DNA from: Eledone cirrhosa
Taxonomy: Eukaryota
Direction: 5' to 3'
DNA: 64,000 nt
Assembly: GCA_964016885.1 (NCBI GenBank)
Contig: OZ024743.1
Coordinates: 3,286,001-3,350,000 of the forward strand
Below, one piece after another: positions 1 through 11,209 of the stretch. A program made the position numbers and the translations under genes. The number at the start of each line of letters is the position of its first letter. Position 1 is the first letter of the stretch. Below the pieces are notes generated by a model. The model saw only the letters and a list, made by a program, of their open reading frames with translations. It did not search any database and was not told the DNA's origin.

Positions 1-275
1 ATGAAATTTAAACCATAGATGAATGACACGATATGATGCCTATTCACAAAAGTTTTGAATTGATATTTTCAAAATAATTATTTACAAGAAACAGAATAAG
101 AATAAGATTTAATAATGTAATTTTGATTTGATATATTACAAAAAATAATGTTTTCCAATTTTTCATGCATTACATTTTACATTGAGTAATATTGAAATGC
201 AGAGTTTTTCTCCATAAATTACATCACTGATTTTAAATCAATCATCATTTTCTTACAAAATAAATGTGTGTAACG

Positions 276-405
<130 letters not shown>

Positions 406-557
406 CGTGTGCGTGTGTGATGTATATATATATAATTGTATTAATAAGAGGAATTCCAACTTTGTCTGATTTACTCGTTTTATTTACAATCCTTTAAAAT
501 TTATAATGGTATTATAATGAAATAGTATGATAGAATATTAAATTCTAAGTGTTAATT

Positions 558-594
558 GAACAAGTACTTTCATGCTTTCGCAATCTTCAGGTTC
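558..594 (-). ncRNA. Minimal hammerhead ribozyme-like motif lacking helix II, in the PLE 3' region
   Basis: Minus strand reads gaac CUGAAGA uugc GAAA gcaugaaaguac UU guuc: helix I gaac/guuc, imperfect helix III, CUU triplet. Confidence 0.55.
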
Positions 595-977
595 ATAATA
601 TGTGGTGACAGTCAAGTTTGCAATTTTCAACTGTAATAAGATGGGTACATTTTCTACCTTTTATACATTTTATAGAGGGAAAAGTGGCTCCAGAATCCTA
701 AGTCTTGCAAACTGTATTTCGACCAATCAGTGTGTATTTTCACTGAATTACTAAAGCTGATTGGTTTAAGCGTCACGGCTGGTTGAGCATGTCTAACGAC
801 CAATAATTAATCATATCCAAAGCATCAATTGTTTTGCTATTTTTAGAAATGATGAAAATAGCATTTTCTATTAATCATCAACATCACTTTTATTATTATT
901 ATTATTGTTGTTGTTGTTGTTGTTAGTGGTCGTAGTCATAGTGATAGTAGAAGTAATACCCCTAAGCGTTATTATTG

Positions 978-2196
978 TTAATTTAGCTTGGGTTTGAATT
1001 TATCAATAAAATTCTTTTCTTTGATTTTTCTCTTGATTTCACTTGGGCTGTGTAATTTGTAGAATGGGAATATTATAAATATTCCCTGACCACATGTTGC
1101 TAGATGGTTACTTAGGGGTATCTGACGAACATTTGGGTCTCTGATTTGTTGACGGTGTACCCGTGCACGTTCCGATAGTGCATTTCCAGTTTGACCGACA
1201 TATAGTTCTTCACAATTCGGGCATTTAATGCAGTAAATTAGATTTCTGCTTTTGCAGTTCATATTTGCATTTGGGAATATTTTTCCAGTTTTTGTTTTCA
1301 TATATTGACCGGCGTGTATGGATTGACATGTGCCGCATCGACTATCATTGCATTTAGATACAGTGAATGATTGGTCTTTGTTGTTAAGGTCAAACTTTGC
1401 TTTTGTTAGTAATTGCTTCAAATTTTTTGGCTGTCTTTTACTAAGAGTCAAAGATCGATCTGTGATTAAGCCTTTTAATTCATTACTTTGAGCAATGATC
1501 GGTAGGTTTGCTTTGGCAGTGTTGAAGATATTCTGGTGACATGGGTTGTGTGTCATTATAAATGGTATGACCAGTTCTTGGTTTCTTCTTCCTTTGGTTG
1601 TCCTAAGTTGTTGTATAGATATTTTTATAGCCGGCTGTATGCCATTTTCTATAAGTAGTCTTAGTTCTGTTAGGCGTTTGTACCTGGTATTCGTATCTTC
1701 TACAATGGTACAAATTCTTCTGGTTAGGCAGTATGGGATGTTGCGTTTTGTATGAGGTGGATGGCACGACTTAAAATTCAGATATTGATGGGTGTCTGTG
1801 TGTTTATAATATATATCCGTGGTAATGGTGGTGTCGTTTTTGATTATCATTATATCTAGGAATGGTAATTTGGTCCTACTCATCTCTTTTGTGAATTGGA
1901 GAGATGGGTGTAGGTTATTCAGGAGGATATTGAACTCATCCAGAGTATCTAGAGATTCTGTCCAGATGATGAAACAGTCGTCAAGGTATCTATTCCAAGA
2001 TTTTTCAATGTACTTTCTAAAGTCAGTACTATATTTTTCCTCTATTTCTTGGTAGAGTTGTTGTTCTAAGTATCCCATTACAGAGTTCGCGTAAACGGGA
2101 GCAAACTTCGTTCCCATCGCTGTGCCTCTAATTTGGATGTAATTCTTTCCATTGAAGAAGAAAGTTTTGTTTTCCAGAATAAGTTTAACTGCGTCT
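978..2196 (-). pseudogene. PLE reverse transcriptase C-terminal half plus GIY-YIG endonuclease (open but 5'-truncated; the first ~68 aa of the predicted ORF are microsatellite)
   Basis: QIRGTAMGTKFAPVYAN, RYLDD, PFLD, YYKHTDTHQYL, CNDSRCGTC Cys linker (Neptune-like), NLIYCIKC..LYVGQT..R..H (GIY-YIG). Confidence 0.9.
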
Positions 2197-2197
2197 A

Positions 2198-2259
<62 letters not shown>

Positions 2260-2339
2260 GGAGAGAGGAAGAGAGAGAGTACGTATAAACGCCGACACAG
2301 AGACACAAACACACATACAAACGCACATACACACAATGC

Positions 2340-2371
<32 letters not shown>

Positions 2372-2611
2372 AACCAATAACAGAACCCCGAAGACAGAAC
2401 AATAAACGCGAAACTAATCAACATGTCGTAGATTAGATATAAAGTAATTTAGGTATAGATTATTTTAACATTAATCAATGTCACCTAACCAGGTATATTT
2501 TCTTACCTGTCTTCCATGTCACAGATTTCAACGCTCTCCCTCTCTCACACTTCTTTCTTTCTCTAGATAACTAGAAAATATCTACTACTAATACTATTAC
2601 TACTAATAATA

Positions 2612-3195
2612 ATTGTTTCTACTTTTGGCACAAGGCCAGCAATTACCCAGTGTATTACTGGTACTTCATTTTATCGACCCCCCCCCCCGTAAGGATGAAA
2701 GGTAAAGTTAACCTCGGCGGGATTTGAACTCAGTCCAGTAGAAACCATTACTACTAATAATAGTGGTTTCTACTATAGGCACAAGGTCAGCAATTTTTTT
2801 GGGGGGGAAGGGAAAGTCGATTAAATCAACGCCAGTGCATTACTGGTGCTTTATTTTATCGACCCTGTAAGGATGAAAGCCAAAGCTAATCATGGCAGGA
2901 TTTTAACTCAAGAGTGTAATGGGTCGTAACTCTATGCCGTGAAGCAGGTTGTCCGACGTTCTACCGATTCTGCCAATTCATCGCCCTTAATAGTGGTTTC
3001 TGATTTAGGCATATATATATATTGGGGGGGGGGGAGTCGATCAAATCGACCCCAGTGTATTACTGGTACTTTATTTTATCGACCCCGTAAGGATAAAAGC
3101 CAAAGCTAACCTCGGCAGGATTTGAACTCAGAACATAAAGCGTAACTCTATGCCGCAAAACATGCCTGACGCTCTACCGATATTGCCAATCCAGC
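2612..3195 (-). mobile_element. Three tandem or partial tRNA-derived SINE copies (Nin/Deu-like central domain, octopus-type)
   Basis: Recurring ggcacaaggccagcaatt...actggtac...ttttatcgacccc..aaggatgaaagg..aaagttaacctcggcgggatttgaactcag (B box gagttcaaatcc on minus strand). Confidence 0.8.
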
Positions 3196-3239
3196 GTCCT
3201 TATAATAATAATATTGATTTCTTTATTGGCCACTTATAA

Positions 3240-3680
3240 GGGACAAGAAAAACTGATAACACTAAAACTGAAAATTCTCCAATAGCGAAAGTACTATCCA
3301 TGAGTGATACAAGAACCCCACCAATCCAAGAGCACCATAGAAGGGAGCCCCTATCATCTCCAAACTAGCCAGCCAACAGGCGCATGGTCAGAATAGGCCA
3401 ATTAACACAGGCCATTCTCGCTACATTCACCCACCTTTTAACAAATGTATTAGGTGGAGGGAAGAGCTTCCCTCTCCACCATCGCCTTCCTTCAAGTAAA
3501 ACTTGAAAAAGTTGATGAGGGAATTGGTCGAAGAGAAAAGTATCTGTCTTAAGTCCTTTCAACCTGGTCCACTACACAGCCTCTTTCGCTACCGCTACCA
3601 AAGAGAAGAAAACTGCCTGCCCTTCTCAGTCAAAAGAAGGAGGCGGGGCTATCTTCACAATGGATTCGGTCGATAGCCGG
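3240..3680 (-). mobile_element. Degenerate LINE ORF2 C-terminus and 3' end (L1/Tx1-like); related copy at 40590-41130
   Basis: ESIVKIAPPPSF..EGQAVF..V.VAK..VWW..LKGLK.DTFLF is shared by both copies; clade assignment tentative. Confidence 0.45.
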
Positions 3681-3689
3681 ATCCGTAAG

Positions 3690-5215
3690 GAGCAACAGCT
3701 TGATCTGTATACTTGCTTTATTGATCTCACGAAGGAGGCCTTGGACACAGTCAATAGGTAAGCCCTTTGGCGTATACTCACGAAATTAGATTGCCCTGAA
3801 ACGTTTACGAGTCTTATACGTTCATTGCATGATGCCATGAGAGCGTGTCAATGGTGATCTAGAATGTTTCTCAGTTCAGACTGGCGTGAAACAGGGTGAC
3901 CTACTCGCTCCGACCTTGTTTTCTATCTTCTTAGTTGTTTTATTAAAAGCACTCACCAACTAAATATTGGCATATAGATAGGAAGGTTCTTCAACATCCG
4001 ACGATTCCTTGTTGCGTCAAAAACATATTGCATTGATAAAAGATCCTCTTTATGCAGACAACTGTGACCCACACCTTCAGCTTTCGATAGACTGCCACTC
4101 GACAGCGTGTGGTGAGTTTCGGGTGAAAATCAACATGAAAAAGACAGTGCTGGTGTAACAACATGCACCCGTAAAACCATATATTCCACCATCCATATCT
4201 GTCAAAGGGAGTCGACCTAAGTAGTAATCTCTCCAGAACAATCACCCTCCAGGAAGAGGTAAGCTACTGGCTCTCTAAAGCTTCCGATGTTTGTTAAGCA
4301 GGAGAATCACTCTGTGTGCTTAAACATGTATGCTTACAGTCTTGATGTATGGACGTAAGATAGACACAATACTATGGGCATATCCAGAGCCTCGAACGTT
4401 TCCACCAACAATTCTTGCGTTGCATCCTCAAGATCTCATGGAGTTCTCATACACCAAATACTGATGTGTTGCAGCGGGCCTATCTGTCGAGCATCGAGAC
4501 TATTATCATGAAACAGCGTCTCCTTTTGTCAGGCCACATAGTACGCTTAGAGGACAGTAGTTTACCAAATCAAGTATGGTAGAGAGAACTGTTTCAAGGC
4601 AAACGCCTGCAGTGCAAGTCACTTAAAAGACTGACAGAAGTACTCTAAAGAAGGTCAACATCAACTCCGAAATATGGGAAATATCTTTCAACAGACAGAT
4701 CCCTGTAGCGAAATCTGATTGTTACCGGTGTTGAGGAATTTGAAAAGAAGCGGGGGGGGGGGCGAAGTGAAGCGAGCAGCTAAATATATGGAGAGTGTTA
4801 GTCCGCTCCCAGAACGAGGTTTGAAAAAAAGTTCTTACCTGTGAGAGATATGGACGTGTATGTATGTCAAAGGTTGTGCTACTAAGCCATAGAAGACGCC
4901 ATACTCATAGAAATAACACCTTTGGGAACCCCATATACCTGGACTTTGCATGTGGAATTTGTACCAAAGTGTGTTACTCTGCAGTGGGGCTAACACAGCA
5001 CTATAAGTATGCCACGCTAATCAGACTCAAGTAGATGGGAAACTTACCTGCACACTGTAGTATGACAGGAAAGTCACGCCCTCGTTTGATCAGCCATCTA
5101 AGGCAGCATCAGTGATAGCAAATTCAATAACACGTTTTTGCCAATGTCTGCTTTTTTTTTTGTATTGTTCTAAGAAGTGGTTGTACTTGGACACAAGTTG
5201 GCTTCCACTACGTAC
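3690..5215 (+). mobile_element. Decayed 5'-truncated RTE (BovB-like) LINE
   Basis: FIDLTK(A)..DTVNR, QTGVKQGDLLAPTLFSIF, LERFHQQFLRCILKISW, HIVRLEDSSLPNQV, C-terminal C2H2-like remnants; many stops and frameshifts. Confidence 0.8.
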
Positions 5216-5393
5216 GTACGTTTGTAGTCAGCAGTGTTTACATTATATACGAGAAAACGAAGTATCACTTTAAAACAGTTGTATTCATTATCGAACGTCA
5301 TACGTGTTTCACAGATGATCGGCTCAAGGTCTTAATAGACACGATAGACCTGACTCCGGTACCTGTTTTTGTATGTCTGAGAGTGCATGGATG

Positions 5394-5852
5394 CAGGGGC
5401 TGTGGAAGTATTTCTGAATTAGGGGGCCAAATTTGGTCAATTTAGTTGTAGTGATTAGTTTAGCTCTTTGCACTCTAAAATATCCAGAAAATGCAATTTG
5501 AGTCCAAGCAGGTCATATTACATTTACAACTTTCAATAATTATAAAGTGATTATAGCAAAATGACCTCTGAAATCTGTCTCTGAATACAGATACTAGCAA
5601 ATAGTGATATGTGGAGAAAAAGTTATGACATGACAAAAAATTTTACTATGAAGGTAAACATAAAATATTACACTGTTATTATCAAATATCAACTAAGATA
5701 TAAACAACTTCGATATGCGATAAACATAACATGTACATAAATTGTAGCACATATACAAATAGATGTGTGTTTTGGTAGTTTTGGTAGTTTTGGGAGAAAA
5801 ATATATTTATTGGGAGGGGTGGAGGGAGATACCCCCCATTTTCACTGCCCCT
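5394..5852. mobile_element. Non-autonomous DNA transposon (hAT-like MITE)
   Basis: Imperfect TIRs caggggctgtggaa / ttttcactgcccctg. Confidence 0.4.
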
Positions 5853-7339
5853 GGTGTGCTTGTGTGTCATACTATAACAGAAAATTTGGCCCGATTCATT
5901 AGAAAGAACTTCGTGTTTGAAGAATCAACTGTGAGCTGGTAAATGATACAAGCTGCAGATGAAAAAACAAAACTAAAATGAAACTAAAGTGCGAAACTCA
6001 AAAGATCGCCCAACAAATAATTAAACAAACAACCAAACAAACAAGCGAAGGAAACAAATCGAAAACAACAATTAGAAGAACAGAGAGAAAATAAGCCAGC
6101 CATTATCCTAACAAGATTGAGAAGAGAGAGGATCATCAGTGATATATGTGAGCCAACGTTGATAGTGTTGTCAGTAATATTGAATTAGCGACGACAGAAT
6201 TAATACACTCCACCAGTAGAATCGGGGGAAGTTGTCACCGAGGTGGGAGGGATTTACAAGTTAGATTTTGTCTGCCTCTGCGTCAAGTTGTGTGTATATG
6301 TGGCGGGAATGAGGAGGGGGGGGGGTCTGTGTATGCGTCTGCTTGTGTGTTAATGTGTCTGGGTGTGTCTCTGTGTGTGTCTCTGTGTGTGAATTTGATT
6401 GCATGTGAGTGTCAAGGCATCTGCGTGTATATGTGTGTTCGCGCGCTCTTGTCGCTGACTGATTGTATTTTTGCGTGCGTACGTGCGTATGCATGTTATC
6501 TCTTTCTCTTAATTTCAAGTATATTTTTTTGACCGGCCACCTTCCTGGTGGCATGGTTGTAAAAGAAAAGAAATTATCATCCCTTGAATAGCAAGAATGT
6601 TTTGCAAATTTTGAAGGTGCCAGGTATCGCAGCCATTTGTAGACTATGAATTAGGGAGCTGCGCTTTTTGTCCGTATGTATGTATGTATGTCCGTATGTA
6701 TGTATGTATGTATGTATGTATGTATGTATGTATGTATGTATGTATGTATGTATGTATGTGTGCATGTATGTATGGATGCATGCATGTGTGTATGTATGTA
6801 TGGACGTACGTACATACGTATGATGGCTGGCTGTGTGCTTAAGAAGTTAGCTTCGCAATCATGTAGTCCCAGGATCAACTCAAGTAGATAGATGGGAACT
6901 GCCTGAAAGCTTGTCGGATGGATTTTACCTATATTCTAAAAGTCCTGTCGTGTTACCTTATGATTACGTTATTGGTGCACGTGTCTGTGAAATATTCAGC
7001 CATTTGTTCGCTAATTCAACGAATAGGTCATTCAGTTAATCAAACCACCGGGCATTCAGTCACCATTCTCGTACATATATATATATGTATGTGTATGTAC
7101 ATGTATCAGGTGTAAGTTTGTGTGTGTGTGTGTGTGTATACCTATGTTGCTAACTGACTATGTATTTATGTATGCAATGTGTGTATATGAGTGTGGGTGT
7201 GTGTGTCAGTGCCGGATTTAGGACAAATGAGCTAAATTATGAGGCCCCTTAGGCCCTGAAGTAGGTAATTCATCGTAAAAAATATTTTTTGCGGGAAGAT
7301 TTTTTGCCAACGGGGCCCTGCGCTTAAGCACAATGGTAA

Positions 7340-7423
<84 letters not shown>

Positions 7424-7914
7424 GTGCGCGCACGTGTGCGTGTTTCTTTCTGGTCAACTACCTCTGTAAATGGTAGTCCTCAATATATGCTTTCTTAGGT
7501 ACACCATCTGCATGAGTGTTGCGCAGTCTATGTGTGTACGCGAGTGTCTAACGGTCTCCTTGTTTCTGTTAGTATACGTAATGTATGTTAATGTTAGTGT
7601 TAATATATTTTTAAAGTGAGCATTAAAAAATGTAATACTCTGTGGAAAATACAATTAGCTCCATAACTAATATTATTTTGATTAGTTTGGTAAGTGTCCA
7701 AGGACTTTCTGACATGTTTCAATCGTATGAAACATCCTCAGCAAAGTATAGATGATGCTATACTCGTATTTGTTACTGTAGTGACGAGATAATCTAAGTA
7801 GAAATTCATCAATAGTTAAGTCTGGAGCATCGAAAATATATTTAGAAATATTTATGCGACCCGGAAAAGAGAGCGTTTGACCAATGTCTATCAATTCTTT
7901 TTTTTTTTTAATTT

Positions 7915-8610
7915 AGCTTCCCATCACAACTGGAGCCAGCAGGCCTCGACCTCGGAGATGGCAAGCGGAATTACCCTCTTCCCATTCGAAGGAGATAAAT
8001 CCCTCATCTAGGACGCCACATGTGGTGACACGTTCTTCGACCACAAACCCAGGTACTGCGGCCTGAAATGCAGAGGACAAACATATATCGGGTTTTTTTC
8101 CGGGCCGCTTCCTCTTCGCACCAGTCGCTGTAATAACCACAGGCGTACTTGGACTCCATACTGCCGAGCTCCTCCGCAAAATCGGAACGTCAGTAGCCCG
8201 TCTGAAGAAGGAGCCTCGAGAGGTGGGGTGGCTATTGCAGCGGGTGTCGCTGGTCATTGTCCACGAAAATACCTTTGCAGTTTTGCCCACAGGGCGCAGC
8301 CCAAACACCGCCTCAACCTAGGCTCAAAGCCTATAACCCTCCCCCTTTTCTTCTGTGCCCGAGTGTCTTTGCTTGCTCTTTTTTTCCTTTCATTTATGGC
8401 ATTTATAGCCCTTTCCTCTACTTTCCCATACAGCCATATCTGCCCTTCTTAACCTCTTCCCCCTTTTTCTCATTACTTAATTTTGTTTTTATCTTTCTTT
8501 TTCATATTTACGTAATTCTCAATGGTTTTAAAGCCAACTTTGTGAGTGAAACGCATGTATCGAGAATAAATATCTACAATAATAGTTTTAATGTTTTAGT
8601 ATCATATTAA
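7915..8610 (+). mobile_element. 3' fragment of a CRE-like non-LTR retrotransposon (restriction-like endonuclease domain) plus 3' UTR
   Basis: Frameshifted GLDLGDGKR..GITLFPF.GDKSLI*DATCGDTF..PGTAA*NAEDK..FLFAPVAV.TTGVLG...EPREVGWLLQRVSLVIV. Confidence 0.7.
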
Positions 8611-9040
8611 AAGAAGGAACCTCAATTACAGCTACAGCCTAACTGAACGATGACGTGCTCAATATATAGTGCTTAAAAGAGCATGAAATTATGTTTTCAA
8701 GAACGGCTCTACCATTTGACTTGATGGTTCTATCTGGACATATTTGGTGCCATTTGCTTTGAAATGAATACTTAGAAAAGTATTTACAATGATTTTCTCT
8801 TTTTGTTTCTTTTACGTTGTCTGCTACTTATTTTAAGGATCTCGTTAGGAACGAAAGTCAGATTATACGTGACATAAAAGCATAGATATGCCCTAACCTA
8901 AATACAAGGTATTTTTATGCACCACATGGTGAACACACGCATAAACACATACGCACACCCATATATACAAACGCACACGCACAAATATATTTAGTGCTAA
9001 CATTGGTTCAATCTTCAGTAATCCACAAAATTACTGAAAA

Positions 9041-9100
<60 letters not shown>

Positions 9101-10639
9101 TACACACACATGATACATCCACATATCCATAGTAATACCCAGAAATACCTATACATTCACAAGCCCTCACATATAGCCGCGCGCACAAGTAGTCGGCAGT
9201 CATTATCAAACTTTAAATAACAGCTAAATAAAAATTGTAAGTGGGAATCAAAGAACTGGTATATACGGTACACAAGGATAACCGCGAGTGTATATCACTC
9301 ATGCCGTCACTACAATAAATAACCAGTATTATCACCAACATCAGAACTACAACCAATTTCCTACCCGACCAATCAAAGATCTGTCACCTTCAATATCACC
9401 ACCAACGTTACTTTTTCATTTTAGCTAACCCTTCTCTTTGTATTTCTCTTAATCTCTTTGCCCCCCCCCCCTCTCTCCTTTGCACTCTATTGTACCTTTG
9501 CAACAACGGTGGAACACCCTAAGAAACAAACATAAGCTAACAATGGAGGAATGTCTACTCAATTAGAGTGTGGTTGTCAAATTAAAATTAGAGAATAATT
9601 TTAGACCTCTATTTGTTCTTAATTTAAAAAAATTCTGAAAAATAGTCGTTGTTACTAGCTTTATTTCACACTCATTGAAATTATCATCTAACAAATATCT
9701 ACATCGCCGATGTCAATTGCACTAGTTTTTTTAGCGTTGTCTTAGGTAAAAAAAAAAAAAAAAATCTTTATAGCATTTATCATATATATTTTAGATAGAA
9801 CAATTTCAAGCTTTGGAAGTTACATCGTATTTCTTAATTTTTTTTTTTGTATTATTCATGCTACTGAATAATCTTTCAACCTCAGCATTTGATTTAAAGC
9901 TACTACAGCTGTGATTCGCATCGAGTATGACATGGTAGCATGTACTATGCTTTCTCTAAGGTATTTCGGTGCTCATGCAGTCGGAGTAGACAGACAAACA
10001 CTCGACCCTCCTTCCCATGATCTGGAGGAACATCATGATATAATTGTCGGAAGGAAGAAAAACAAAGTGAAACTTGGCTGGATTTGAACTCATAATGCCG
10101 AAACCTGGAACAGATATACAACGCTCTAACGAATCTGTCATATCTACTCCCTTAGCATTTGATTTAGATAATATTAAAATATTAATTTGTAATTTAGGCA
10201 CAATGCCAGCACATTTTGGGGAAGGGCAAAGTTGATTAGATCAATCCCCAGTACTTGACTGGTACATTACTTTAACGACCTCGGAAGGATGAAATTTAAA
10301 GTTAACCTTGGCTGGATTTGAATTCAGATACCGTGATGATATTTTATTCAGTGCTCTACCAATTCTGTTGAACCATCACCTTCAGATAATATTAAAAGAT
10401 TAAGAATAAATGCTGCAACATATCTAAAACAATTTCCTTTCGTAGCAATTTTGTAATACATTTCTGTTTAAAGATTTCAAGTACTATTAATGTTGGATAA
10501 CGAGTGGAGTCAGAAACAGTAGACTGTCGACAGATTACCCTCCTCTGCTTCTGCTGGAATCTACTCGATAGCTCTAGTCATCAGCTTCCAAAACTCATAG
10601 CTAAAGGCTTTAAAATGTTTATTCTCAAACATATAGCTA

Positions 10640-10687
<48 letters not shown>

Positions 10688-10761
10688 GCCCCCCCCCAAA
10701 AAAAAATGTATGCACACTTTTATTAGAATGCTGTTGAAATGTGTATACATTTTTGGGTGAC

Positions 10762-10803
<42 letters not shown>

Positions 10804-10851
10804 TTAATAAAAATAATGAATAAAAACAAACAGTTCCTTATATTAAAAAAT

Positions 10852-10981
10852 TCATCATTTTACGATCGTTTCTAGGATGTGTGTGTTGGTATGTATATCA
10901 TATAGATCTATGTAAAATTTTTACAAACTATCAGAGGGAATATACATACCTACACATATATATGCTGTCTTCAGAAATAAT
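10852..10981 (-). ncRNA. Hammerhead ribozyme with giant helix II (copy 1, subfamily A)
   Basis: Minus strand auuauuu CUGAAGA-[~95 nt hairpin]-GAAAC GAUC GUA aaaugaugaa; nearly identical to 27101-27238. Confidence 0.75.
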
Positions 10982-11205
10982 CGTTTCTACTTTAGGCACA
11001 AGGCCAGCAATTACCCAGTGCATTACTGGTACTTTATTTTATCGACCCCGTAAGGATGAAAGGCAAAGTCAACCTCGGCGGGATTTGAACTCAGATCGTA
11101 AAGGGACGTAACTATGCTGGAAAGCATGGCGTCCGACCCTCTACAGATATCGGTAGAGGGTCGGACGCCATGCTTTCCAGCATAGTTACGTCCCTTTACG
11201 ATCTG
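10981..11205 (-). mobile_element. Nin-type SINE with an inverted duplication of its 5' part (fold-back centred ~11147)
   Basis: SINE consensus 10981-11145; agatcgtaaagggacgtaactatgctggaaagcatggcgtccgaccctctac is repeated in reverse complement at 11152-11203. Confidence 0.8.
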
Positions 11206-11209
11206 GAGA

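Larger units (their letters stand above)
430..2196 (-). mobile_element. 5'-truncated Penelope-like retroelement, Neptune-type, with 3' UTR
   Basis: RT-GIY-YIG coding region 978-2196, HHR-like motif at 558-594, microsatellites on both sides. Confidence 0.85.

Noticed and set aside
8514-8568. Hammerhead in the CRE-like 3' region (attctc...GAAAC gcat GTA tcgagaat)
   Set aside because: No CUGANGA-like box between the helix I strand and GAAAC; at best a decayed remnant.
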